Position numbers and translations under genes: made by a program. Shown piece after piece: positions 26,091-36,143 of a stretch of 64,000 nt of DNA. Below the pieces are notes generated by a model. It ran no database searches and was not told the origin of the DNA. It saw only the letters and a list, made by a program, of their open reading frames with translations. Source of the DNA: a bacterium (GTDB lineage: Bacteria > JAAXHH01); the NCBI GenBank assembly GCA_965200485.1, contig CBDAUD010000002.1:242743-306742 (forward strand). Direction: 5' to 3'. How positions within the stretch are numbered: position 1 is the first letter of the stretch; each line of letters opens with the position of its first letter.

Positions 26091-27401
26091 ATGAACGGGG
26101 GAAGGATGAACGGTGAAAGGAAGGCCGAAACGGCTTCCGTCGGCGTAGGCGAGGTGGATGTAACCCCGGACTACCCGGTGCGCCTGAGCGGTTACGGCGC
26201 GCGCCGGGAGGAAACGTCGAGGATCAGGTCGCGGCTCTATGCTCGCGCGCTGGCCATTGGCGACAAGCGGCCGGTTCTGCTGCTGGTTCTGGAGAATACC
26301 GGCGTGACCGAATCCATGACGGAGTCCGTCGCCCGGGAACTGGTCCGGCAGACGGGTGTCGATCGGGAGCGTATCGTCCTGTGCTATACCCATACGCATA
26401 CCGGACCGATGCTTGCCGGCGCGGCGCCCATGCTGTTCGGCACGGACATTCCGGAAGCGCACCAGCGGCATGTCGATCGCTATACGGAGGAAGCGACGGA
26501 TCGGCTGGTGGAGGTCGGCCTGCTTGCGCTGGAGAACCGCAGACCGGCCCGGCTGTATTACAGCCAGGGTCACGCGGGATTCGCGGCGAATCGTCGTGCG
26601 CAGACCGGTCCCGTGGATCATGTAATGCCCATGATCCGGATCGACGACCTGGACGGAAACCTGATGGCGGTATGGATCAGCTATGCCGCGCACTGCACGA
26701 CATTCGGTCCCGACGAAAACTTCATCTGCGGCGACTGGGCGGGATTCGCGGCGGAGTCGATCAGGCGGAGCCATCCCGGCGCCGTGGCCCTGGTGACCAT
26801 CGGGTGCGCCGCCAATGCGAATCCTTTCCCACGCACGGGATGGTCCCACGCCCGGCGGCATGGCGGGGACCTCGCATGGGAAGTGAACCGCCTGCTCGGG
26901 CTCCCTGGCGTCCCTCTGACTGGACGAATCCGTTCCCGCCTGGTCCACGCCACGCTGCCCTACGACACCATGCCGTCGCGCGAGGAATGGTGCGCCAGAG
27001 CGGAGCAAGAAGGCCCGGAAGGCTATCACGCCCGCAAGTGGCTGGCCAAACTGGATATGGGGGAAGCGATTCCGGATGCGCTCCGCTACCCGGTCCAGGG
27101 CTGGTCGTTCGGAAACGAACTCGCCATCGTCTTCCTGGCCGGCGAAGTCGTCGCGGACTACGCCCTTAAACTGAGACGCATGTACGATCCCGGAAGGCTG
27201 TGGCTGGGCGCGTACGCCAACGACTTCCCCGGCTATATTCCCTCCCGGCGCATCTGGAAGGAGGGCGGGTACGAAGCCGGCGACGCCACGGTGTTTTTCG
27301 GACTGCCCAACCGTTTCGCCGAAGAAGTCGAAGAGCGGGTCCTGGAAGCCGCCCAACAGGTGATTCCGGAAACCCTCAGACGGACCCGCGGCTCCAGTTA
27401 G
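26091..27401 (+). CDS. Neutral/alkaline ceramidase-like hydrolase
   Basis: Start taken at ATG 26091 (SD gggagga upstream). Contains the YTHTHTGP motif matching the THTHSGP signature of neutral ceramidases, and conserved downstream His/Arg clusters. Confidence 0.65.
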   Translation: MNGGRMNGERKAETASVGVGEVDVTPDYPVRLSGYGARREETSRIRSRLYARALAIGDKRPVLLLVLENTGVTESMTESVARELVRQTGVDRERIVLCYTHTHTGPMLAGAAPMLFGTDIPEAHQRHVDRYTEEATDRLVEVGLLALENRRPARLYYSQGHAGFAANRRAQTGPVDHVMPMIRIDDLDGNLMAVWISYAAHCTTFGPDENFICGDWAGFAAESIRRSHPGAVALVTIGCAANANPFPRTGWSHARRHGGDLAWEVNRLLGLPGVPLTGRIRSRLVHATLPYDTMPSREEWCARAEQEGPEGYHARKWLAKLDMGEAIPDALRYPVQGWSFGNELAIVFLAGEVVADYALKLRRMYDPGRLWLGAYANDFPGYIPSRRIWKEGGYEAGDATVFFGLPNRFAEEVEERVLEAAQQVIPETLRRTRGSS

Positions 27402-28657
27402 ATCCCCTTGGGCGCCCGCGCTACGGCGGCTTCCCGACGGACCAGTTCCGCGTGCCGTTTTTCGAAGGCGGCGCTATGGTCGTCCTCAATCACCTCCAGA
27501 TGCGCGCCTGCCTCGAATCCCGGCAGATTGCCCTTGTAGAACTCCGGCTGGTAGATGCTCTCGTCGGTGAACTCCCAGACGCGCGGTTTACCCGCCAGAC
27601 CGGGCCACACCACGCGCAGGATGCGCTTCTTGCTCCGGTACCGCTCCACCGCTGTGGGTTCGTCGTCGTCCACGGCGTATTTCTCGATGGCCTGCTCGTC
27701 GACTTCCACCCCGAGGCCGGGTTTGTCCGGAACCTGCATGTACCCGTCCACGACCTTGATGCGTTCCGTCAGCAGGTCGGTTTGCCAGAGTTCGTGGCAG
27801 GTGATATAGGGGAGTTGGGCGTGGGACAGGACCGATCCGATATGGGCCGCGAAGGTCGTGGTCAGTCCGGCGCCCACCATCTGGAGCCAGAAGGGTTTGT
27901 TCAGCGCCGCCGCCATGATGCCCTGCCGCATCGTTGCCGAGGCGCCGCCGCCGATCACGAATCCGTCGCTGACCTCCGCCTGCCACACATCGTCGCCGAA
28001 GTGTTCCACGATGGGTTTCTGGATGCGCTCCCGCAGCATCCGGGCGCCTTTGAGGTCCTTTCTCAGATAGAAGGGACTCTCGTACATGCCCACGTTGATC
28101 CGTTGGTCGAGCTGCGACAGAACCTGTTCGGCTTTCGACTGGGTGAGTAGAAAACCGTTGAAATCCACGTCGAACCGGTAGTCGGCCGGGACCACCTCGC
28201 TCACGGCATCGATCTGGGCTATGATGTCCCGCCAGGGCCGTGCTTTCATCTTGAAGGACGTGTAGCCGCGCCGCAGGGACTCCTCCGCCTCCTTGACCCA
28301 GCCCTCGGGCGCCATATCGATGTCCCACCACGAGAGGGGGCAGCGGTCCCGCAGCTTGTTGCCCAGCAGGGCGTGCGCGGGCACGCCGGCATCCTTGCCG
28401 CACAGGTCGAACACCGCGATCTGCGGTCCGAAACCGATGTCGTCGTCCCACAGGAGGGTCCACGGATCCTTGCCGATCAGACCGGCGGTGTCCGCGGGCG
28501 CATGGCCGTCGGTTATGCTGACCAGGCCGTTGTCGGTTTCGAGCCGGTACACCCAGACCCGCTCGTTATGCGTGTTCGCCCGGGCCATGGCGTGATCGAC
28601 GTGAGGGGCGTAGAACGGCACGTTCAGCGCTTTTCGTTCGGCGTGCACGATCTTCAT
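27398..28657 (-). CDS. Enolase-superfamily enzyme, mandelate racemase/muconate lactonizing enzyme (MR/MLE) family dehydratase-like
   Basis: Start taken at MKIVHAERK (ATG complement at 28657, preceded by AGGAGG SD). MR/MLE-like N-terminal capping and barrel domains (KxK region, metal-ligand D/E/D spacing). Specific substrate unknown. Confidence 0.7.
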   Translation of the reverse strand: MKIVHAERKALNVPFYAPHVDHAMARANTHNERVWVYRLETDNGLVSITDGHAPADTAGLIGKDPWTLLWDDDIGFGPQIAVFDLCGKDAGVPAHALLGNKLRDRCPLSWWDIDMAPEGWVKEAEESLRRGYTSFKMKARPWRDIIAQIDAVSEVVPADYRFDVDFNGFLLTQSKAEQVLSQLDQRINVGMYESPFYLRKDLKGARMLRERIQKPIVEHFGDDVWQAEVSDGFVIGGGASATMRQGIMAAALNKPFWLQMVGAGLTTTFAAHIGSVLSHAQLPYITCHELWQTDLLTERIKVVDGYMQVPDKPGLGVEVDEQAIEKYAVDDDEPTAVERYRSKKRILRVVWPGLAGKPRVWEFTDESIYQPEFYKGNLPGFEAGAHLEVIEDDHSAAFEKRHAELVRREAAVARAPKGI

Positions 28658-28829
28658 GGAATCCTCCTGCGGTGAAATGGGAGTATGGACGCGCAAAGCT
28701 ATATTATTAACGAGGAAGATTCCCCCAATGCAATCCATTTATCAACACTTGCCCCGATTCCGCCATGTGGTTATAATTCATATCAAGACGTTACCTTTAA
28801 TTGCTTACCAGATCAACCCAGAGGACATC

Positions 28830-29606
28830 TTGAAACTCGAAGGTCGGGTCGCCATCGTCACGGGCGGCAGTTCCGGTATTGGACGGGGTATATCCATCGA
28901 GCTGGCCCGGGAGGGCGCCCGCGTCGTGGTCTGCGATCTCCGCGAGGAGCCCATGCGGGGCAAGTACCACGACCGGGACGTGACGACGCTTACCGTGGAC
29001 GAAGTGTGCGCCGTGGGATCCGAAGGGCTCTTCGTGCAGGCCGACGTATCGGACGAAGCGGCCGTAAACCGCGTGGTCGCCCGTACCCTGGAGACCTTCG
29101 GCAACCTCGACATTCTGGTCAATAACGCGGGGATATTCACCCTGGGGGACAGTCAGACCCTTTCCGTGGACGAGTGGGACCGGATCATGGGCATCAATCT
29201 GCGGGCCCTGTTCCTGACCACGCGCGCCGCCGTACCGCACTTGAAGCGTTCCCGCGCGGGACGGATCGTCAATATCGCCTCCGTGCACGCCTTTCACGGG
29301 GGTGGTGGTCCGGCATACGCGCCGGCCAAGGCCGGTGTGGTCAACCTCACGAGAGACACGGCGGTCGAGCTGGCGTCGCTCGGCATCACCGCCAATACGA
29401 TCTGCCCGGGCTATATCGAAACGCCCATCCAGGACTACCTGACCGAGGCCGAAGTCGCCAACGCGCTGGAAAAGACCCCGCTGCCCAGGCTGGGACGCCC
29501 GAAGGACATCGGCAGAGCCTGCGTTTTCTTCGCGTCGGACGACGCCGAGTGGATTACCGGAGCGGCGCTGCCTGTGGACGGCGGCTGGTTGGCCCCGATC
29601 TGGTGA
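28830..29606 (+). CDS. Short-chain dehydrogenase/reductase (SDR) family oxidoreductase
   Basis: TTG start at 28830 with GAGGA SD. MKLEGRVAIVTGGSSGIGRG (TGxxxGxG). NNAG. Catalytic YAPAK (YxxxK). Confidence 0.85.
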   Translation: MKLEGRVAIVTGGSSGIGRGISIELAREGARVVVCDLREEPMRGKYHDRDVTTLTVDEVCAVGSEGLFVQADVSDEAAVNRVVARTLETFGNLDILVNNAGIFTLGDSQTLSVDEWDRIMGINLRALFLTTRAAVPHLKRSRAGRIVNIASVHAFHGGGGPAYAPAKAGVVNLTRDTAVELASLGITANTICPGYIETPIQDYLTEAEVANALEKTPLPRLGRPKDIGRACVFFASDDAEWITGAALPVDGGWLAPIW

Positions 29607-29682
29607 AGAATCCGGACCGTTCGGGTAACCGCATCATCGCGTATATATACCAGCTGCAGCGCCTTGACGGAAACTAGCGATT

Positions 29683-30051
29683 ATGGACAAACTATTCGCA
29701 ATAACCGGTGGCATTTCGGCGCTGCTGGGCGTGGTCGCAGGAGCTTTTGGAGCGCATGCGTTGCGCGACCGGCTCTCTCCTGAAATGCTGGAGGTATTCG
29801 AAACGGCTGTCCGGTACCAGATGTATCACGCCTTCGGGTTGTTCTTCGTGGCCTGGGCGGTATCGCGTTGGCCGGAATCCATACCTTCCGCCGCAGGCTG
29901 GTCGTTCATCGCGGGCATGGCGCTGTTTTCAGGTAGTCTGTACGTACTGAGCCTCACTGGCGTCCGGTGGCTGGGCGCCGTGACCCCGCTGGGCGGCGTC
30001 GCATTCATTATAGGCTGGATGCTCCTGGTTTACGGTATCTATCGGGCTTGA
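29683..30051 (+). CDS. DUF423 (YgdD/TMEM256-like) small membrane protein
   Basis: 122-aa, 4-TM protein. N-terminal GGISALLGVVAGAFGAHAL pattern typical of DUF423. Confidence 0.8.
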   Translation: MDKLFAITGGISALLGVVAGAFGAHALRDRLSPEMLEVFETAVRYQMYHAFGLFFVAWAVSRWPESIPSAAGWSFIAGMALFSGSLYVLSLTGVRWLGAVTPLGGVAFIIGWMLLVYGIYRA

Positions 30052-30119
30052 GGCTTGAATGTAGATAATGCCCGGCCTTGATACGGCGGCCCCCGCTGCC
30101 TTTCAAACAAGGAAAGCCC

Positions 30120-31584
30120 ATGCGCATCGTCACCGGCATAATCGCCCACGAGACGAGTACGTTCACCACGGTCGAAACCACGCGGAAGAACTACCAGGAA
30201 CGGTACGGCTGCCTGCGCGGGAACGAAATCCTCGCCGCGTTCCGCGGCACGAACAAGCCCACCGGGGGCTTCATCGCGGGTGCGGAAGCGCACGGTTTCG
30301 AATTGATCCCGACGATCGTGGCCGAACCCCATCCCAGCGGTCCCACGCCCCGGGCGCTCTTCGATGAACTCCTTGGCGAGATGCTGGACGGTTTTCGAAA
30401 CGCGGGTCCGATCGACGGCGTGCTGCTCGAACTGCACGGCGCCATGGTGGCCGAAGGCATCGACGACGGGGAAGGTCATAATTCTCCGCGCGGTGCGCGA
30501 CCTGGTGGGGAACGTGCCCATCGTCGGCCAGTTGGACATACACTCCAACGTGACCCCGCTGATGATTGAGCAGGCCGATGTGCTGATCGGACGGGAGTCG
30601 TACCCCGAGGTGGACATGGCGCCCCGAGGACGGGAATGCGCCGACGTGCTCGTCCGTATCCTGCGGGAGGGATTGCGTCCCACCATGGCGCTGCACCAGA
30701 TCCCGATGGCATGGGGCATGAATCAGGTCACCGCCCATGCACCCATGAAGGAAGCGATTGAATATCTGCATGAAATCGAATCAAGGCCCGGCGTCGTGTG
30801 CGGATCGATCGCCACCTGCTTCCCGCTCGCGGACATACCCGACATGGGCGCGTCGGTGTATATCGTGACGGACAACGACCAGGAACTGGCGCAACGATAT
30901 GCGGACGAGCTGGGCGGCTACCTGTACGACAGGCGCGCCGACTGGCACTTCCACATGCCGTCTACGAAAGAGTTGCTCGACCAGGTGCATGAGGACGGAC
31001 TGTTCCCCGTCGTATTCGCGGACCGGAACGACAACACCGGCGGCGGTTCGCCGGGTGACGGCACCGCCATGCTGCGGACGTTCATCGACGCGGGGCTTGA
31101 GGACGCCTGCGTCCTTTATGTCGTTGATCCGGAGGCGGTGGACCGGTGCATGGACGCCGGAGTGGGCGCCACGATCACGCTGGACGTCGGAGGAAAGTCT
31201 TCGCCGTTGCAGGGAGAACCGGTGACCATGACGGCGGAGATTCTTGCGCTTTCCGACGGCAGGTTCCGGTACCATGGTCCGATGCTCGCCGGTTTGGAGG
31301 GGACGATGGGACCCTGCGCCCACATCCGGCAGGAAGGCGTGCACGTGATCCTCGTGAACGAGCGCGAGCAGCCCTTCGATACCGCCTTTTCCGAGACCCT
31401 GGGCCTGGATCCCCGGGACATGCGCTACATCGGCGTCAAATCATCCGCCCATTTCAGGGCCGGGTTCGAACCGTGGGCCGGCGCCATTCACGTGGTTACG
31501 GAGCCGGGTGTGCATGATGCCGGCACGTTGACCTATCGCAGACTTGGAAGAAGAGTCTATCCGCTGGATGACTTGGACGCGTAA
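30120..31584 (+). pseudogene. M81-family metallopeptidase (MlrC/microcystinase C-like), interrupted by a 1-nt frameshift near 30472-30483
   Basis: N-terminal part (frame of ATG 30120: MRIVTGIIAHETSTF...LLELHGAMVAEGIDDGEG) terminates shortly after 30480. The homologous continuation (ILRAVRDLVGNVPIVGQLDIHSNV...) is in the +1-offset frame (ORF 30364..31584). The intact paralog at 55875-57314 shows the uninterrupted architecture. Either a sequencing indel or a genuine pseudogene. Confidence 0.7.
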
Positions 31585-31699
31585 TGCGGTGCTCCGGCAG
31601 ACTTCTGCCGTATCGCGGGCGGACCCGATTGCCATGCGGCCGGATCAGTAGTTTCACGCGATGCCACGCCATGCGCAAGACCGTTTTCGGTAACGACAA

Positions 31700-33736
31700 A
31701 TGACCACATTCCCCGACGGCATCAAGGCCGCTTCGGTCTGGTTCGACCACCAGACGCTGATCAGAAATGTGGACACCCTGCTCGCGGTATATGACCAGGC
31801 TGCGCAGGGCGTACTGGATTTGGCGAATAGCGAGGGGTATTTCGAGGGCGTTGATCCCGATCTGTTGAAATGGCCGCCCGGACGCACGCCGTCAGGTCCC
31901 ATCGGTCTGGAAGGTCTGGGCTACCGCGCCCGGCTGATCGGCGCGATCTACGAGGGCGTGCCCCGGCTTCGCGATCAGCGAATGGGAGAAGCCTACGACC
32001 AGTTCCGGCAGGTTGCCCCGGACTACTATCAGGCCGTGCAGCTGTATGCCCGGGTCAGAGAGCGGTTCCTCCGGGAAGCGCCGGGAGCCGAAAGCCAGTT
32101 CCTTGGACTATACCAGACGGTCTATGTGGATGCGCTCCGGGCCAGCAACGTGTTCACGCCGGATGAAGGCGAGGCCGCGCTGGCCGACGCCCGGCTGTCC
32201 CGCGTGCCGCTGTCGCACGCCCAGCCCGTGGCCGAGAAGCTCAAGGCCATCGTACGGGAGGACGATCCCCTTTGGGAGACGGCCTACGCATGCACGCTTG
32301 ACGGACGCGACACGGAATCTACGCTACGGGAGATCTTCCGCTATACCGCGCAAAAAACACTCGGTTTTCTTGCGGCCGGCGAATTGCTGGCCGTCCGGTA
32401 CAACACCTATACGAATTTCGCCTATTTCGGCTGCGCCGTATGGAAGATAATCAGCGATGCCGAACTGCTGGCCGAGTTCTGCCGCAGGCATGTGCCCCAT
32501 CCCTACATTCAGAACAAGGCGGACGGCATCCAGCAGGATGTGCTGCGCGGCCAGGCCATGATGGTAGAGTTCTTTCAGGCGCACCAGGAGAACCCGGGCC
32601 AACTGAAGCCGACCGGTTACTGGTACGGGCATCATTACACGAGTCTGACGCGGGACATGATCGACCTTACCCAGGGACTGATCGCGCAGTGCAATCTCGT
32701 CATCCACCGGATAAATCAGCGCCGGGAAAAAGGGGAAGGCGGAGCGGAGATACCCGACGAATTGTCCGACATGCTGCGGCCCGTCGTGGTACCGCCCCTG
32801 CTGGACCGCAGTGCCACGGGCCATTTTCAGGAATACCCGCACGTGGGCCGCAACGGGAGATACTCCCCGGTTCAGCGCGGCATCCGGCTCGCCCGATGGA
32901 TCGGGGCGTCCTGGCGCTATGTGCGAAACAAACTTGCGATCGAAGAGGAAGTGCCAAACGAGGAGGAGCGTCTCGAAGCGGCCTGGGACAACAGTCTGCA
33001 ATGGGCGGACCGGACGCTGAAGATTTTCGGCATCAAGGTCAAGGTGCACGTTGATCCCATGGTCGCGGAGCTGGCGCGCGTACTCGGGCTGAGCGAGGGC
33101 CGGTACAAGGTCCTGTTCTTTCCCACCCATCAGAGCGTCTTCGATCATCCCGTCATGTACAAAGTGCTGCAATCCCGCGTCCTGCTGGATGCGCTGGGCT
33201 GGGAAGATTCCCGTCCCTGCACCATCCTTTCCAGATCGGGTCTGACGGAATACGTGACGCTCCGCCTGGGATCGTGGAGCACGACACTGTTCGGCGTGAA
33301 CGCCGCGGAGTTCGACCGGCTGCTTGAGGACGTCGATGGCTATGTCGTCCTGCCCCGGACCGGGGACACGGCCAACGCGACGCAGCGATTCGCGGGACTG
33401 CTGGAAGAACGTCCGGGCATCATATACGCCGCCGGAACCACGGCGGCCTTCGATATTCAGTCCATCCCCCTGCAACACGGTCTTTTCAGCAAGATTCCGC
33501 CGGACGTCGTCCTCATTCCAATGGCTTTCAGGGGGATTCATTCCATCTGGCCCAAGTGCCCCAGACGGAACATACGCATCAACCCGGGACTCGTCGAAGT
33601 CGTGGTGGCGCCTCCCATGATGGGGGAAACCACGCTGTTCCCGCGGCGCCGGTCCCTCAGGCCGCAGATCGAACCCGCCGCGTTGTTCCAGGCGGTACAG
33701 ATCGTTAACCTGCTGAACCCGGATCAGCGTCCGTAA
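31700..33736 (+). CDS. Large hypothetical protein with C-terminal LPLAT-superfamily (PlsC/GPAT-like) acyltransferase domain
   Basis: 678-aa ORF. C-terminal region has the HX4D acyltransferase motif (FPTHQSVFDHP) plus downstream motifs resembling LPLAT blocks III/IV (IYAAGTT..., VVLIPMAF). The N-terminal roughly 470 aa is unassigned. Confidence 0.55.
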   Translation: MTTFPDGIKAASVWFDHQTLIRNVDTLLAVYDQAAQGVLDLANSEGYFEGVDPDLLKWPPGRTPSGPIGLEGLGYRARLIGAIYEGVPRLRDQRMGEAYDQFRQVAPDYYQAVQLYARVRERFLREAPGAESQFLGLYQTVYVDALRASNVFTPDEGEAALADARLSRVPLSHAQPVAEKLKAIVREDDPLWETAYACTLDGRDTESTLREIFRYTAQKTLGFLAAGELLAVRYNTYTNFAYFGCAVWKIISDAELLAEFCRRHVPHPYIQNKADGIQQDVLRGQAMMVEFFQAHQENPGQLKPTGYWYGHHYTSLTRDMIDLTQGLIAQCNLVIHRINQRREKGEGGAEIPDELSDMLRPVVVPPLLDRSATGHFQEYPHVGRNGRYSPVQRGIRLARWIGASWRYVRNKLAIEEEVPNEEERLEAAWDNSLQWADRTLKIFGIKVKVHVDPMVAELARVLGLSEGRYKVLFFPTHQSVFDHPVMYKVLQSRVLLDALGWEDSRPCTILSRSGLTEYVTLRLGSWSTTLFGVNAAEFDRLLEDVDGYVVLPRTGDTANATQRFAGLLEERPGIIYAAGTTAAFDIQSIPLQHGLFSKIPPDVVLIPMAFRGIHSIWPKCPRRNIRINPGLVEVVVAPPMMGETTLFPRRRSLRPQIEPAALFQAVQIVNLLNPDQRP

Positions 33737-33833
33737 ACAGACGTTGACGGGCGTCGACACCGATAGGCAAGCAACGGACCAGGAAGACCAAGCCGACAAA
33801 CGGCCCGATCTCGAACCGACAGGCAGGATCAGG

Positions 33834-35231
33834 ATGAATTACTCGCATATACTTCCTTGCATCTCGTTGGTTTTCGCGTTCTTGTGGACGGAAGCAGCAG
33901 GCGCCGAGGCGTCCCGGGTCGATGTCATCAAGTTGACCGGTCCGATCGGCCCTGTCAGCGTCCAGCAGGTGTCGTCGGCAATCGAAAGGGCGGAAGACGA
34001 CCAGTCCGAATGTCTGGTGGTCATGCTCGATACGCCCGGCGGCCTCCTGGACTCCACCCAGTTGATCATCAAGGACATACTCGCGTCCAATGTACCTGTC
34101 GTGGTCTACGTGGCGCCCAGCGGTGCGGGCGCCGGTTCGGCCGGGGTGTTCATCACCATGAGTGCGCACGTCGCCGCAATGGCCCCGGGCACGAGCATCG
34201 GAGCTGCCCATCCGGTGAGCGCCGGAGGCGCGGTGGCCGACTCCGTCATGAACGAGAAAATCGAGAACTTTTCCGCAAGCTACATCCGTTCCATTGCCGA
34301 AAAGCACGGACGCAATGCCGACTGGGCGGAGCAAGCCGTGCGGAAGAGCGTGGCGCTGACCGATCGGGAGGCCGTGGAGCAGAACGTCGTGGACCTGAAC
34401 GTCGCCACGCTGGACTCCCTGCTCGTGCGGATCGACGGTACCGTCGTTGAAGTGCGCGAGGGCAGCCGCGTATTGCGCACGAAGGACGCCGAGGTGCAGA
34501 TCAGGGAAATGGATTGGCACCACCGGGTGTTGCACATCCTCTCCAATCCCAATATCGCGTATCTCCTGATGATGCTGGGGTTCTACGGGCTCATCTACGA
34601 ATTCATCAATCCCGGCGCCATTTTTCCGGGCGTCGTGGGGGGCATGTGCGTGATCATCGGGCTTTTCGCCCTGCAGACGCTGCCCATCAACTATGCCGGG
34701 CTCCTGCTGCTCCTGCTCGGTTTGGGCCTGTTCGTCACGGAACTGTTCGTAGTCAGTGGCGGCCTCCTGGCCCTCGGAGGCGCCATTTCCTTTACAATCG
34801 GTTCGATGATGCTCATCGATTCGCCGTATCCCTATCTGCGCATATCCCTGTACGCCATCATTCCGGCCGTGATCGCGACCGGGACGTTCGTGCTGTTCGC
34901 CGCGGGCTATGCCCTGAGGGCGCAGAAGCGGCGCACGACCACGGGTGACCAGGGCCTGATCGGAGAGACGGGCGACGCCCGCACGGCCGTGGATGCCCGA
35001 AGCGGAAGCGTCTTCGTCCACGGCGAGTACTGGTCCGCGACAAGCGCCGTCCCTGTCGAATCCGGCGCGCCTGTCCGGGTCGTCGGGATCAACGGGTTGC
35101 GATTGCAGGTGGAGCGCATGGCATCCAAAAAGGACGCAACGGAACCGGACGAAGCGAAGCAAGACAAGACGGAACGAGACACAACGGAACCGGACGAAAC
35201 GAAACCAGGGGAGGACTCTCATGGGGTTTGA
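33834..35231 (+). CDS. NfeD-family membrane-bound serine protease (ClpP-class)
   Basis: Start at MNYSHILPC (signal peptide), ATG 33834. ClpP-like periplasmic domain (DTPGGLLDS; SAGAGSAG). Central multi-TM segment. C-terminal OB-fold-like region. Immediately followed by an SPFH gene (canonical NfeD-stomatin operon). Confidence 0.8.
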   Translation: MNYSHILPCISLVFAFLWTEAAGAEASRVDVIKLTGPIGPVSVQQVSSAIERAEDDQSECLVVMLDTPGGLLDSTQLIIKDILASNVPVVVYVAPSGAGAGSAGVFITMSAHVAAMAPGTSIGAAHPVSAGGAVADSVMNEKIENFSASYIRSIAEKHGRNADWAEQAVRKSVALTDREAVEQNVVDLNVATLDSLLVRIDGTVVEVREGSRVLRTKDAEVQIREMDWHHRVLHILSNPNIAYLLMMLGFYGLIYEFINPGAIFPGVVGGMCVIIGLFALQTLPINYAGLLLLLLGLGLFVTELFVVSGGLLALGGAISFTIGSMMLIDSPYPYLRISLYAIIPAVIATGTFVLFAAGYALRAQKRRTTTGDQGLIGETGDARTAVDARSGSVFVHGEYWSATSAVPVESGAPVRVVGINGLRLQVERMASKKDATEPDEAKQDKTERDTTEPDETKPGEDSHGV

Positions 35232-36063
35232 CGGATTTTCACTAACGACGATCGTGCTCGTCCTGTTCGTAATCATCCTTTTCACCAATGCGGTCAAGAT
35301 ACTGCGCGAGTACGAGCGGGGCGTGATCTTCCGGCTCGGCCGCCTGTCCAAGGCCCTGATCGGAAAGAACGGACCGGGCATCGTGGTGCTGATCCCCGGG
35401 ATCGACAAAATGGAGAAGGTCAGCCTGCGGACCGTGACCAAGGACGTGCCCGCCCAGGACGTGATCACCCGGGACAACGTGTCCATCAAGGTCAATGCCG
35501 TGATATACTTCCGGGTCCTGGACCCGGAGAAGGCGGTCACCGAGGTGGAGGACTTTCTGCAGGCGACCCACCAGCTGGCCCAGACCTCGTTGCGGAGCGT
35601 ACTCGGACAGGTGGAACTGGACGACCTGCTGTCCAACCGGGACAAGATCAACGAAGACCTGCAGCTCCTGCTGGACCAGCAGACCGAGCCGTGGGGCATC
35701 AAGGTTTCCATGGTCGTGATCAAGAACGTCGACCTGCCCCTTGAGATGCAGCGGGCCATGGCCAAGCAGGCGGAAGCGGAGCGGGAACGCCGCGCCAAGG
35801 TCATCAATGCGCTGGGCGAGCAGCAGGCCGCGGAGAAACTCTCCGAAGCCGCCCATGTCATGGGTACCCATCCCGTAGCCGTGCAACTGCGCTACCTCCA
35901 GACCCTTTCGGTCGTGGCCGCGGAGAATAACTCCACCACGGTCTTTCCCGTCCCCATCGATCTATTCAAGCCCTTCGTGGATGCGTTGAAACCGGCGGTT
36001 TCGGGAGATCCGCGGGAGCCGGATTCCGGCGGGCCGGCGGGCCGGAGTCAGGAGGCCGGATAG
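35221..36063 (+). CDS. SPFH/band-7 (stomatin-like) protein
   Basis: Start ATG 35221 overlapping the NfeD stop. N-terminal TM helix followed by an SPFH domain ([15 protein letters not shown]...; VIYFRV; coiled-coil [16 protein letters not shown]). Confidence 0.85.
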   Translation: MGFDGFSLTTIVLVLFVIILFTNAVKILREYERGVIFRLGRLSKALIGKNGPGIVVLIPGIDKMEKVSLRTVTKDVPAQDVITRDNVSIKVNAVIYFRVLDPEKAVTEVEDFLQATHQLAQTSLRSVLGQVELDDLLSNRDKINEDLQLLLDQQTEPWGIKVSMVVIKNVDLPLEMQRAMAKQAEAERERRAKVINALGEQQAAEKLSEAAHVMGTHPVAVQLRYLQTLSVVAAENNSTTVFPVPIDLFKPFVDALKPAVSGDPREPDSGGPAGRSQEAG

Positions 36064-36143
36064 CATACGAGATTCCCCGAATAGATTTCGACTAAATCGG
36101 TCAACATGTCACGGTTCGCCGACCAGGAAAGAGGGAACATACG

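Noticed and set aside
33705-35861. 718-aa minus-strand ORF
   Set aside because: Antisense to the NfeD and SPFH genes. Ser/Arg/Thr-rich junk translation.
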